DNA from: Anaerohalosphaeraceae bacterium
Lineage (GTDB): Bacteria > Planctomycetota > Phycisphaerae > Sedimentisphaerales > Anaerohalosphaeraceae
Reading direction: 5' to 3'
DNA length: 64,000 nt
NCBI GenBank assembly: GCA_963675525.2
Contig: CAXXSL010000013.1
Coordinates: 608,001 to 672,000, forward strand
Part shown: positions 9,666-19,044 of the stretch, piece by piece
Layout of the letters: the number at the start of each line of letters is the position of its first letter
How positions within the stretch are numbered: the stretch's first letter is position 1
Position numbers and translations under genes: made by a program
Notes under the pieces: model-generated
What the model saw: only the letters and a program-made list of their open reading frames with translations
Told to the model about the DNA's origin: nothing
Databases searched by the model: none

Positions 9666-11585
9666 ATGAGAAAAAGTATTATAACATACATGACAGTTTT
9701 AAGCATACTCTGGGGGTGGGGATTTAGTGATATTGCGCCGCCGCCGCCGCCGTTGACGCCTTATGCATGGATCTTCTATTATGATAGTCCAGTTGTAGAG
9801 GGACAAACCGCATACTTTGAAGGATTTGGATATAGCCGCGATGGCGGGACAACCTCTTATGAGTGGGACTTTCCTCCACAGGCATATGATATACAAGGGG
9901 CCGAGACGGAGAGTGCCAGTTGTAAGTTCTATCCGGCCGGGAGCTATGATGTTTCATTTACCGTTAATAGTTCTACGGGCCGGAGTACGACTAGATGGTG
10001 TGAAATCACTGTTACAGACGGTGGTCCCTGGCATGTATCGGTTAACGGCAATGATGACAAGGACGGCCAATCATGGACAAACGCAAAACGAAATATCCAA
10101 ACAGCGATCGACTTGGCTTCCGATGGTGATGAGATTTGGGTAGCAGAGGGAACCTATGTGCAAAGCTTAGGTCTCGGCATAGATGAGGAAATCAGCATTT
10201 ATGGCGGTTTCAACGGCACAGAAACTCAGTTAAATCAGAGGGACTGGGAGACGAACACTACCACGATTGATGGCGACAATATTGAATACATTTCGTGTTT
10301 CTATATCTGGGATGATTGTAGTACAATAGATGGTTTCACAATCACTGGTGCAGGAGAAAATTCCGGCGGCACAGGTATTTTTTGTTCTGGTGGAACGACC
10401 ACGATTGCAAATTGTACGATAGATGATAATTTTACCGGAATAACTTGTTGGTCCTCGTCCTCGCCGACAATAGACAATTGTACATTCAGCGGCAATGGAC
10501 ATATCTATTATAATGTCTACCAAGGCGCAGGAATATCGATAAGCCTTTCATCGTCTGCAACGATTAGCAATTGCGTGTTTAGTGATACAACGACGGCCCA
10601 ATGTGGAATATCTTGCGGTTCATCCGGTGCAGTAAGTATAACTGGCTGTACGTTTGATAATAACACTTCACCTAAAGGCAGTGGGATATATTGTTTCGGT
10701 TCATCCGGTGCAATAAATATCGCTGACTGTGTGTTTACTGAAAACACAGCCAACGGAATAGTCACAGGAGGAGCAGCGATACACTGTAACTCCCTTTCTT
10801 CTACGTTTACAATTGAAAGCTGTCTTTTCAGTGGCAATGCCGCAAGTTATAATGGCGGGGCTATTTACTGCCTATCTAATGATGTTAATCCAACATATTC
10901 GCCTGTCATAAAAGAGTGTGTTTTTTACCAAAATACCGCGGATGATTACGGCGGTGCGGTGTATGCTGATTTATCCGAGCCGGAAATGATCAATTGTTTG
11001 TTTATCTATAATCAGGCTCCACATGGCGGCGCAATGGCCAGCTATAGGAGTAGTGGATCAAGTTTGATCAACTGTACTTTTTACGGCAATGCAGTCACCG
11101 GCAGTGACAACGACAGGGGCGGCGGAGCACTGTATCTTAAAGCAGTTACCTATCCATGCTACAGTTATTTGACCAATTGTATTCTCTGGGGCAATACCTC
11201 AGATCAGCAGGGTCATGAAATATGCTGTGAAGGCAGTAGTTATAGCGCTAAGGCAATCGCAACATTAAAGTATTGCGACATACAGGATACAACCAACTGG
11301 ATGTATGAAGACAACAGCTATTCCGAAGTAAAATATGAACCATATTTAACGTATCACAATAGATATGACAATCCGATGTTTCAAAGTACTTCCGGGAACC
11401 CAAGAGGTGGAGATGATATATGGGCCACCGGCGATGATGGATTTATGATTCAATATGGTAGCATATGTCAAAATAATGGCGATGACGTAACAGGTTTACC
11501 GGACGATATTGATATTGATATTACCGGCAATGATCGTAAGGTTGGCTCAGGTGTCGATATAGGGGCTTATGAGAAGCCGAATTAA
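9666..11585 (+). CDS. Secreted PKD domain plus right-handed beta-helix protein
   Basis: PKD signature (SYEWDF...PAGSYDVSFTV), DEIWVAEGTY, YGGF, GGA/F..N beta-helix repeats, C-terminal DIGAYE. Confidence 0.75.
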   Translation: MRKSIITYMTVLSILWGWGFSDIAPPPPPLTPYAWIFYYDSPVVEGQTAYFEGFGYSRDGGTTSYEWDFPPQAYDIQGAETESASCKFYPAGSYDVSFTVNSSTGRSTTRWCEITVTDGGPWHVSVNGNDDKDGQSWTNAKRNIQTAIDLASDGDEIWVAEGTYVQSLGLGIDEEISIYGGFNGTETQLNQRDWETNTTTIDGDNIEYISCFYIWDDCSTIDGFTITGAGENSGGTGIFCSGGTTTIANCTIDDNFTGITCWSSSSPTIDNCTFSGNGHIYYNVYQGAGISISLSSSATISNCVFSDTTTAQCGISCGSSGAVSITGCTFDNNTSPKGSGIYCFGSSGAINIADCVFTENTANGIVTGGAAIHCNSLSSTFTIESCLFSGNAASYNGGAIYCLSNDVNPTYSPVIKECVFYQNTADDYGGAVYADLSEPEMINCLFIYNQAPHGGAMASYRSSGSSLINCTFYGNAVTGSDNDRGGGALYLKAVTYPCYSYLTNCILWGNTSDQQGHEICCEGSSYSAKAIATLKYCDIQDTTNWMYEDNSYSEVKYEPYLTYHNRYDNPMFQSTSGNPRGGDDIWATGDDGFMIQYGSICQNNGDDVTGLPDDIDIDITGNDRKVGSGVDIGAYEKPN

Positions 11586-11721
11586 AGTGTATTATTTTCA
11601 CACAATTACACAGATATTGTTGTGCAGAAACCCTAAGATTGAGCCTTTGAAGAGATATCGGCTGTCTGGCACGTTTTTTGCTAATATAATCACAGATTGT
11701 CTCATTAGAAAGGATGAACAA

Positions 11722-12339
11722 ATGAGAAAAACTTGGTTCATTTCGGTCTTATTTGCATCTCAGATGATATGGGCGACCACGATTTCTATCGCACCCAGTG
11801 ATGCAAGAAGAATATACAACAAAGATGAGAGTATAGTTTTAGTTTTGGATGCTTTGTCTGTGGCAAAATATTCAAGCTATGAAAACAGGTCATTTCTTGA
11901 GTTTGATGTGAGTGGCTTAAGTGAGTCGATTCCTTATTGTACATTAGACCTGTCTTATGGAAAGTTTTTTGATGGAGCTCACTATATTCCACCATCAGAA
12001 AGTATTATTGATGTTTTTGCTTATACTGGTAACGGTGTGATTGCTGTGGATGATTTTTCTGCAGGAGGACTGCAGCCGTTTACAAGCTTCATCGGTGAAA
12101 ACAATCCTGGCATTGGTTATGGGTATATTAGTATTGATGTTACATCGATCATACAAGAAGCAATCGCAATCGAGCAACAATTTGTCGGCTTTAGATTATC
12201 GACGGAAACGGAAGCAACTTTTGATTTAGGATGGGGTATTGGCGTTCCCGATCCTGTCCTGACCATCATCCCCGAACCGGCGACGGTGTTGCTGTTGGGT
12301 TTAGGCGGCCTGACGCTTAGAAAACGGCGAAAAAAATAG
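11722..12339 (+). CDS. PEP-CTERM sorting-domain protein
   Basis: Signal peptide from ATG 11722 (AAGGA RBS). C-terminus IPEPATVLLLGLGGLTLRKRRKK. Confidence 0.85.
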   Translation: MRKTWFISVLFASQMIWATTISIAPSDARRIYNKDESIVLVLDALSVAKYSSYENRSFLEFDVSGLSESIPYCTLDLSYGKFFDGAHYIPPSESIIDVFAYTGNGVIAVDDFSAGGLQPFTSFIGENNPGIGYGYISIDVTSIIQEAIAIEQQFVGFRLSTETEATFDLGWGIGVPDPVLTIIPEPATVLLLGLGGLTLRKRRKK

Positions 12340-12440
12340 CAAGGACTCCAAAGGGACCAGACACCTTCATAGCCTGTAAACAGCTTGAAATAGTTTATTG
12401 TTTATTTGATTTTTATCTAACTTATGGTATAATACCCCCC

Positions 12441-12553
12441 ATTGGCGGCTAGGCCGCCCCGAGGTCTAAAAACCTCAAGTCTCGAGACTCAGGCCTCAAG
12501 ACTAAAATTAACAACTGCATACGAGTGCGAACGCCCCGCCTCGCCCAGCCAAT
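12441..12553 (+). ncRNA. Candidate structured ncRNA (unassigned)
   Basis: Preceded by TGG-TATAAT (12425-12433). Ends pair (ATTGGC/GCCAAT). Internal pairings CGAGG/CCTCG and GGCGGC-TAG-GCCGCC. No credible ORF. Confidence 0.4.
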
Positions 12554-12646
12554 AAAGCAGCCATTCCGACTCGTCGGGATTCCACATTCCTGTATACTTG
12601 TGTCCCTGTATACCTGTATACTTTAGGCAAAACATGGCGTCATATT

Positions 12647-12730
12647 GGACAACTTTGTCGCATTTGTGGCACACTTTGGCGCCGTTTGGGCGAATGTTGG
12701 CGCACTTTTGGACACGTTTGTCGCCGCAAA
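12647..12730. repeat. Four imperfect 21-bp tandem repeats
   Basis: ggacaactttgtcgcatttgt / ggcacactttggcgccgtttg / ggcgaatgttggcgcactttt / ggacacgtttgtcgccgcaaa. Confidence 0.55.
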
Positions 12731-12779
12731 AACAACCAGAAAGACGCATTTTTGCAACAAAAACGTGCTTTCTCCTCAT

Positions 12780-12822
12780 TTTACAATCTACAATTTACAA
12801 TTTACAATCACCCCCCTATACT
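12780..12822 (+). promoter_or_regulatory. Heptamer (TTTACAA) tandem repeat supplying the -35 of the nth promoter
   Basis: Four T(T/C)TACAA units. TTTACA 12794-12799, 17-bp spacer, TATACT 12817-12822, ATG 8 nt downstream. Confidence 0.5.
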
Positions 12823-12830
12823 ATCCACCC

Positions 12831-13521
12831 ATGGCAAAAGCAAAAAAGACAACGATAAAGGTCGATCCGGCCGAGGCGAAACAGCGGCTTCTGAAAACCC
12901 TGCCGATTCTTAAGAAGACCTATCCGGATGCGAAGATCGCGCTGAACTGGGAAAATCCATGGAATCTTTTAGTGGCCGTCATCCTGTCGGCACAGTGTAC
13001 TGATGTGCGGGTCAACATTGTCACGAAAGACCTGTTCAAAAAGTACAAAAAGCCCCAAGACTATCTCGCCGTCGAAGCCGAAGAGTTAGAGCAGGACATC
13101 CGCCCCACCGGCTTCTATCGCAACAAGGCCAAAAACATCCGCGGAGCCGCGGCCAAAGTCATCGAGGACTTCAACGGCAGCGTCCCGGCCACAATGGAAG
13201 AGTTGCTGACCCTGCCCGGTGCGGGACGCAAAACCGCCAACTGCATTCTCGGCAACGCCTACGGCATACCCGGCATTACCTGCGACACGCATGTCATCCG
13301 CCTGTCCCGCCGGCTGGGATTGAGCGAAAACAGCGATCCCGTCAAGCTGGAATTCGACCTGATGGACATCGTCCCGAAAAAAAAAGTTCGGCGGCTGGAC
13401 CATGTTTTCGCATTATATCATCTTCCACGGCCGCAACATCTGCAAAGCCCGAAAACCCGACTGCCCAAACTGCCCCATCGCCAAACACTGTCCCTCTGCC
13501 AACAATCCCGACCTGTGGTAA
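12831..13521 (+). pseudogene. nth: Endonuclease III with a +1 frameshift at an A9 tract (pseudogene or assembly error)
   Basis: LSAQCTDVRVN, HhH LPGAGRKTAN, DTHV. The Fe-S motif ICKARKPDCPNCPIAKHC lies in a different frame after A9 at 13377-13385. Confidence 0.85.
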
Positions 13522-13604
13522 ATCCGTAAAAATCCCTAAATATTCTGGACAAATCAAAATGAAAATGGTATAATTCATGGGTCTTTTTACGGAGGTGTAG
13601 TGTG

Positions 13605-13748
13605 ATGAGAAAAGCCGATTTAAGCGGGAAAAATCTATCTTTATCATTTCCTATGATGGTTCTGTGCCTTTTGTCTGTCTGCTGTCAGGCGGATATTTTT
13701 ACTACCGGACAGGTCATCAATAAGAATAACACCATTCAATTGAACTGA
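13605..13748 (+). pseudogene. 47-codon signal-peptide-like ORF, probable N-terminal remnant of a secreted protein
   Basis: GGAGG RBS and upstream TGGTATAAT. MRKADLSGKNLSLSFPMMVLCLLSVCCQADIFTTGQV... stops early. Confidence 0.35.
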
Positions 13749-13781
13749 ATTTTCGACAACTACTATCGGGAGGCGTGAGAA

Positions 13782-15374
13782 ATGAGAATAAGAACCATTC
13801 GGCAACTTGTTCTGATCACAGGAATTATTTCACTACTGACAATCTTTGCTCAGCCGGTGCTGGCCGGGGTCGTCTTGTCTGGTAATATCGACCCCGCTGA
13901 TCCAACAACCTGGACATCAACTACCTCCGGCTACATTGGAAAAACCGCAGACGGCACAATGGAAATCAACGAGGGCAGCGTGGTCACCGATTTTCGCGGC
14001 TACATCGGCGAAGATATTGGTGTGACAGGCGAAGTTACCGTTGACGGTACCGACTCGACATGGACCAATAGCTCACTCCTTTATGTCGGTGACTATGGTG
14101 ACGGCATACTGGATATTACCAATGGCGGAAAAGTCACTAATTCCAGTGCATATATTGGCTACAGAGCTGACTCAATCAGCAGTGTAACCGTTGAGGGTGC
14201 CGAATCGCTGTGGGAAAACAACGGCGGCATTTCTGTCGGCAGATACGGCAGCGGGACACTGGATGTCAAAGTCGGCGGTACCGTCACCTGCACCGGCGAA
14301 AGTTATATCGGCCACAGTTCCGGCTCAACAGGTGAGGTCACCGTCAATGGAATCAATTCTACTTGCAGCCACACCACACTCATCGTTGGCTACTATAGCA
14401 ACGGTATGCTGGACATCCGTAATGGGGGGATGGTCAGTGCAAGAGATGCATCGGTCGGTCGTTATGCCGGTTCAACAGGCAAAGTCATCGTCGATGGATC
14501 CGGCTCAACATGGAATGTAAACGTCCTTGGCGGACAAGGTCAAGTATCTGTAGGATTGCAGGGAAATGGAACCCTTGACATCACGAATGGCGGAACGGTC
14601 AACAACAGTTACGGCTACATCGGCCAGAACGCTGGCTCAATTGGCAAGGTTACGGTCGATAAGTCCAACTCGGCCTGGACCTGCATTAAATATCTCTATG
14701 TTGGCTACTATGGCGACGGCACGATGAATATCACCGGCGGCGGCAACGTTATTAGTGAATGGGATGGCGGTATCGGGTACGAGTTGGGTTCAACCGGTGC
14801 CGTTACTGTCGATGGCCCCGGCTCGACCTGGACCAATAATGATGCTCTCTACGTCGGACGCTATGGCAGCGGCACGCTGACAATTACCGATGGCGGGCTG
14901 GTCAGTGTCGATTTAGCCCTGAACATTGATACGGATGCGGACGGCGACGGCTTTATTAATATCGCCAACGGCGGAATGCTGGCGAAAAAAGGCAATGCCA
15001 ACGGCACACTGGCCGGCTTTCTGGCTCTGGTCACCGGCACCGATGCCATTCGCTACTGGAACAGCACCTTTGGAAACTGGGATGCTATTACAAGCGCAAC
15101 CCCGGGGGCGGATTATACTCTGACCTACGAGACCGCGGGCGAACTGGCGGGCTATACGATGTTAACTGTTCATGTGCCCGGGCCGCCGGATCCTGATGTT
15201 CACCAGAATGGCGGTGTTGACATGCTGGACTTTGCAGACCTTGCCTATCAATGGCTCGAAGTTGGCTGCGTCGGACCTGACTGGTGTGGGCGAGCGGATA
15301 TAGACTACTCCGGCGATGTTGGTTTTTCTGACATGCTGATTCTCACAGAAAACTGGCTTGAAGGTGTCGAATAA
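13782..15374 (+). CDS. Secreted T5SS/PEP-CTERM-associated repeat protein with dockerin-like C-terminus
   Basis: Repeats of YIG...G.VTVDG..STWTN...LYVG.YG.G.L.I..GG.V. C-terminal paired Dx3xGxVDxxD...WL motifs. Confidence 0.75.
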   Translation: MRIRTIRQLVLITGIISLLTIFAQPVLAGVVLSGNIDPADPTTWTSTTSGYIGKTADGTMEINEGSVVTDFRGYIGEDIGVTGEVTVDGTDSTWTNSSLLYVGDYGDGILDITNGGKVTNSSAYIGYRADSISSVTVEGAESLWENNGGISVGRYGSGTLDVKVGGTVTCTGESYIGHSSGSTGEVTVNGINSTCSHTTLIVGYYSNGMLDIRNGGMVSARDASVGRYAGSTGKVIVDGSGSTWNVNVLGGQGQVSVGLQGNGTLDITNGGTVNNSYGYIGQNAGSIGKVTVDKSNSAWTCIKYLYVGYYGDGTMNITGGGNVISEWDGGIGYELGSTGAVTVDGPGSTWTNNDALYVGRYGSGTLTITDGGLVSVDLALNIDTDADGDGFINIANGGMLAKKGNANGTLAGFLALVTGTDAIRYWNSTFGNWDAITSATPGADYTLTYETAGELAGYTMLTVHVPGPPDPDVHQNGGVDMLDFADLAYQWLEVGCVGPDWCGRADIDYSGDVGFSDMLILTENWLEGVE

Positions 15375-15397
15375 TTACTCTGATTTTGATAATAGAA

Positions 15398-15543
15398 TGA
15401 CGACTTTATCATTGGCAATACCGGAACCGGCGAAAGCTACCATTTCCGCATCAAGAATGCCACCAACCGTCAATTTGGGCGACTTTTCCGAAATCGCCCT
15501 GTATTGGCTGGATAGCTGTCCGAACGATTGGCCGTGGCAATAA
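15398..15543 (+). pseudogene. Orphan C-terminal fragment (IPEPA plus dockerin-like tail)
   Basis: TLSLAIPEPAK...VNLGDFSEIALYWLDSCPNDWPWQ resembles the tails of the secreted proteins in this window. Confidence 0.45.
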
Positions 15544-15688
15544 TTTGAACGTTATTTCTCATCAATGCCATCTTTTGAACATACCAAAAGGATAATCAAA
15601 AGCCTCCGGAGAATTCCTTTAGACTCCGGACAATTTATCCGATATAACAGTATTATAAACGCGGTTATAGCCTTATTTGGAGTCAAGA

Positions 15689-16387
15689 ATGAGTGAATTT
15701 TATGTATCAAATGAAGAAACGTGGCGGATTTTCCGCATCATGGCTGAATTTGTCGAGGGATTCGAGGAATTAGCCACCATCGGTCCGGCGGTGTCCATCT
15801 TTGGGTCTGCCCGAACCAAGCCCGATGAACCTTATTATAATCTGGCCGTGGAGACCGCCCACGAGATCGGCAAGGCGGGCTTTTCCATCATCACCGGCGG
15901 CGGCGGCGGAATTATGGAAGCCGCCAACAAAGGCGCCCAGGAAGCCGGCGTCAAAAGTGTCGGCCTGAACATCGACCTGCCGCACGAACAGAAACCCAAT
16001 AACTTCCAGAACCTGTCACTGCATTTCCGCTATTTCTTTTGCCGGAAGGTCATGTTCCTCAAATACGCCCATGGCTTTGTCGTTATGCCCGGCGGTTTCG
16101 GCACCATGGATGAATTCTTTGAATCGCTTGTGCTGATCCAGACGCTTAAACAGGCGCATTTCCCCATCATCTGCATGGGCAGCGACTTCTGGAGCGGACT
16201 GATAGACTGGGTCAAGGACGTCATGCTAAAAAAACATGGGTACATCTCGCCGGAGGATATGGATGTGTTCACTATCTGTGACGACCCGAAGGATGCCGCA
16301 AAGATCATTACGGACTTCCACAGCAAAAACGGCCGCGGTGGACTCCAGCAACCGTGGGGCATCAAAAAACCGACAAGCAATCAATAA
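15689..16387 (+). CDS. LOG family Rossmann-fold protein (TIGR00730-like)
   Basis: VSIFGSART, TGGGGGIMEAANKGA, FFCRK, PGGFGTMDE motifs. Confidence 0.9.
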   Translation: MSEFYVSNEETWRIFRIMAEFVEGFEELATIGPAVSIFGSARTKPDEPYYNLAVETAHEIGKAGFSIITGGGGGIMEAANKGAQEAGVKSVGLNIDLPHEQKPNNFQNLSLHFRYFFCRKVMFLKYAHGFVVMPGGFGTMDEFFESLVLIQTLKQAHFPIICMGSDFWSGLIDWVKDVMLKKHGYISPEDMDVFTICDDPKDAAKIITDFHSKNGRGGLQQPWGIKKPTSNQ

Positions 16388-16424
16388 TTAAATCGGAAAC
16401 ACCAGACAAGAAAGGGCATCTTAA

Positions 16425-16853
16425 ATGACACAGGCAAAAACAGGCGACACCGTAAAAGTGCACTACACCGGCACGCTTGATGACGGTACCACCTTTGACT
16501 CCTCGGCTGACAGAGAACCCCTCGCGTTCACCCTCGGCGATAAGCAAATGATCCCGGGCTTTGAAAATGCCGTGCTCGGAATGGCGGTCGATGAATCGAA
16601 AACATTTAAAATCCCCAGCGATGAGGCTTATGGCCCACACCATGACGAACGCGTCATCGAGGTCGACCGCAGTCAGGTTCCCGCCGACATGAAGATCGAA
16701 GTCGGCCAGCAGCTTGAAATGGCCAGCCAGGACGGACAAAAGGTTATTGTCATCGTCAAAGAACTGACGGATGAAAAAATCATTATGGACGCCAATCATC
16801 CGCTGGCGGGACAAGATTTGAACTTCGAGATCAAACTGGTCCAAATCACCTGA
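16425..16853 (+). CDS. FKBP-type peptidyl-prolyl isomerase (SlyD/FkpB-like)
   Basis: VKVHYTGTLDDGTTFDSS, IPGFE, AYG, DANHPLAGQDLNFEIKL. Confidence 0.92.
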   Translation: MTQAKTGDTVKVHYTGTLDDGTTFDSSADREPLAFTLGDKQMIPGFENAVLGMAVDESKTFKIPSDEAYGPHHDERVIEVDRSQVPADMKIEVGQQLEMASQDGQKVIVIVKELTDEKIIMDANHPLAGQDLNFEIKLVQIT

Positions 16854-16879
16854 TCCCAGACCGACCCAACCAATAATCG

Positions 16880-16925
16880 AAAGCCCGAAATAAGCTACTA
16901 TATTGCTTATTTCGGGCTTTTATTA
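16880..16925 (+). terminator. Intrinsic terminator
   Basis: 16-bp inverted repeat AAAGCCCGAAATAAGC / GCTTATTTCGGGCTTT followed by T-rich sequence. Confidence 0.8.
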
Positions 16926-17049
16926 TGCTTCTTCGACTCAAAATCCGTTAAAATTTCATAAAAAACACAAACTAATATTTTTTTTAAAGCAATACAGCTT
17001 CCTCGCGTGTGCAGTAAGTATGAACGATCGTTTTCAATGAGGCCCATCG

Positions 17050-17595
17050 ATGCTGGAAGACAAACTGCTGATATTAAGATTCAAACATGGCGGCTCCGAA
17101 GCGCTTCGCCGAATCTACGAAAAGTACCGGCTTTACTTGTTGAAACTGGCGGTTGCTCTTTTACATGATGTCAGTATCGCTGAAGATGTCGTGCACGATG
17201 TATTCGTCCGTTTTGCTCAATCGGCAGAAACGATCAAGATCGACGGAAGCTTAAAGGCCTATTTAAGAGCCTGTGTTGTCAACAGCATTCGCAATCGGAT
17301 CAGAAATAATCAGACCCGGGCTTATATTGAATTAGGCAATGCCGGCCCAATTGTTTCAGAAGAAAAACGCCCCGATCAATGGGCCAGCCTCAGAGAAGAT
17401 TCTCTCCGGATAAGCGACGTGCTGATTCAGGTCCCGTTCGAGCAAAGAGAGGTCATCGTGCTGCATCTGCACGGCAGCATGACGTTTCGCCAAATCGCTA
17501 AATTACAGGCTGTTTCAATAAAAACGATTCAAAGCCGGTACCGCTATGGACTCGATAAACTGCGGTCAATCTTGAATGGTGAGGTAACAAAATGA
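17050..17595 (+). CDS. ECF RNA polymerase sigma factor (copy 1)
   Basis: AEDVVHDVF (region 2), QREVIVLH...TFRQIA...TIQSRYRYGLDKLR (region 4). Confidence 0.9.
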   Translation: MLEDKLLILRFKHGGSEALRRIYEKYRLYLLKLAVALLHDVSIAEDVVHDVFVRFAQSAETIKIDGSLKAYLRACVVNSIRNRIRNNQTRAYIELGNAGPIVSEEKRPDQWASLREDSLRISDVLIQVPFEQREVIVLHLHGSMTFRQIAKLQAVSIKTIQSRYRYGLDKLRSILNGEVTK

Positions 17596-18860
17596 GATCA
17601 GCAGACAATATAGAAAAACAAATTAACAAATTTAATCTCGACATCAATGCCGATAAGGACCGGCAAATCCTAAATGAGCTATTACAGGCACAGGAAAACG
17701 CCAACCGCTCATCCGACCGGCCTTCTCGGTTCAGCTTACGGAGAATGATCATGCAAAATAAGAAATTTTCGTTAACCACCGCGGCAACTGTTATTATTGC
17801 CGTTTTGTTAACCATTACCTTTTTAGGAAAAACGCCCCAGGCTTGGGCCATCGAAGAAACCATCAAAGCCCTCAAGCAATATAACGGTGCCTATCTAAGC
17901 GGCGTCTGTCCCGGACAAACCGGCTCATCGGTCGGATTTGAATTGTGGGTTCGAACCAATGACACCGGTACATCGACAAAAAATGTTTTGGTCAAGCTAG
18001 ACGACGGACTCATGGTCTGGACCAAAGATAATGCAACCTATGCCTATTTACCCGACCAAAACACAGTCCTGTACGAAGATGCCGTTACGACCGGGTTCAG
18101 TCATTTTCTGGGTCCTGAGCTTTTCGAACTGCTGTCAAGCATCAAAGATGCCCGAACAACCTACGGCTATGACTCGGCAACGGGACGCAAACGCGCGATG
18201 CTATCTGGCGGCATGACAGATGTATCCGGAGCCAAATTTTTACAGGTCGAATTTGATGTTGACAGCAAACTGGTGGTAAGCATTAAACAATGGGACAATC
18301 TACGTCCGCAAGGTACCCCAACCTTCCACGCATTTACAATCCGGTACTTTGAGCAGCTTCCCGACAGTACTTTTGAAGTCCATATCCCGGATGGAGTAAC
18401 GTATATTGAAAAGCCGGTCACGATCCCCGAGGCCAACCTGAAGATCCTGAGCAATCCCCGATACGGCATCTCATCTGAAGGGTTGACAAAAGAACAGGCC
18501 AGCCGGGAAATTCTTGAACAACTGTACAATGCCATCCTCGACGGAGACCTGAAACGCATCCGAAACTTAGCGCCTGTAACTGAGTCCTGGCCAGATGATC
18601 TGCTCAAAAATCTTCTGCATATAGAACACAATAATGAGATCGTTCAGGTCCTGGAAATCGGCGGGATATCCAGAGAAAGTGCCTCATCACTGGGACCGAT
18701 CGTCGTCGTTCCCGTTACGACAAAACGCAAAGACGGCACTGTCTGGCTGGCCAATTGCATCATCCAATTCAGGCAAATTGACGGGGAAGCATCCTGCGTC
18801 GTACATGGGCCCCAGGGGCTGCCGGTACAATTAGAGTCGTCTTCAGAGATACGAAACTGA
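17592..18860 (+). CDS. Putative membrane-anchored anti-sigma factor (copy 1)
   Basis: Overlaps the sigma stop. Short cytoplasmic N-terminus, TM helix, AWAIEETI motif, large extracytoplasmic domain. Confidence 0.6.
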   Translation: MRSADNIEKQINKFNLDINADKDRQILNELLQAQENANRSSDRPSRFSLRRMIMQNKKFSLTTAATVIIAVLLTITFLGKTPQAWAIEETIKALKQYNGAYLSGVCPGQTGSSVGFELWVRTNDTGTSTKNVLVKLDDGLMVWTKDNATYAYLPDQNTVLYEDAVTTGFSHFLGPELFELLSSIKDARTTYGYDSATGRKRAMLSGGMTDVSGAKFLQVEFDVDSKLVVSIKQWDNLRPQGTPTFHAFTIRYFEQLPDSTFEVHIPDGVTYIEKPVTIPEANLKILSNPRYGISSEGLTKEQASREILEQLYNAILDGDLKRIRNLAPVTESWPDDLLKNLLHIEHNNEIVQVLEIGGISRESASSLGPIVVVPVTTKRKDGTVWLANCIIQFRQIDGEASCVVHGPQGLPVQLESSSEIRN

Positions 18861-18916
18861 AGATTTAGCATCAACTGGGAAAAATCATATAATCGTCATC
18901 TGTACATCAATACCTC

Positions 18917-18968
18917 GGTCCCCAAAAGCGATCGTCATTGTTTTTTGGGGGCCTTTTTCATGTTTTTC
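18917..18968 (+). terminator. Terminator-like hairpin, similar to 20693-20741
   Basis: GGTCCCCAAAAGCGA...TTGTTTTTTGGGGGCC followed by a T run. Confidence 0.65.
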
Positions 18969-19044
18969 GTTTGAGATTCCCCCGATTTAATCCGTGCAAA
19001 AACATGAAGATTTGATAATATTTACGCGTCGTATAATTCTATAA

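Noticed and set aside
9736..9752. CCG microsatellite in the PKD/beta-helix gene
   Set aside because: An in-frame poly-Pro linker; unit changes would not shift the frame.
12645..12830. N-terminal extension of nth given in the ORF track
   Set aside because: It runs through tandem repeats and the promoter; homology starts after ATG 12831.
18861..18892. Possible decayed copy of the FKBP gene 3' end (atcaactgggaaaaatcatataa versus atcaaactggtccaaatcacctga)
   Set aside because: Too short and divergent to distinguish from chance by eye.
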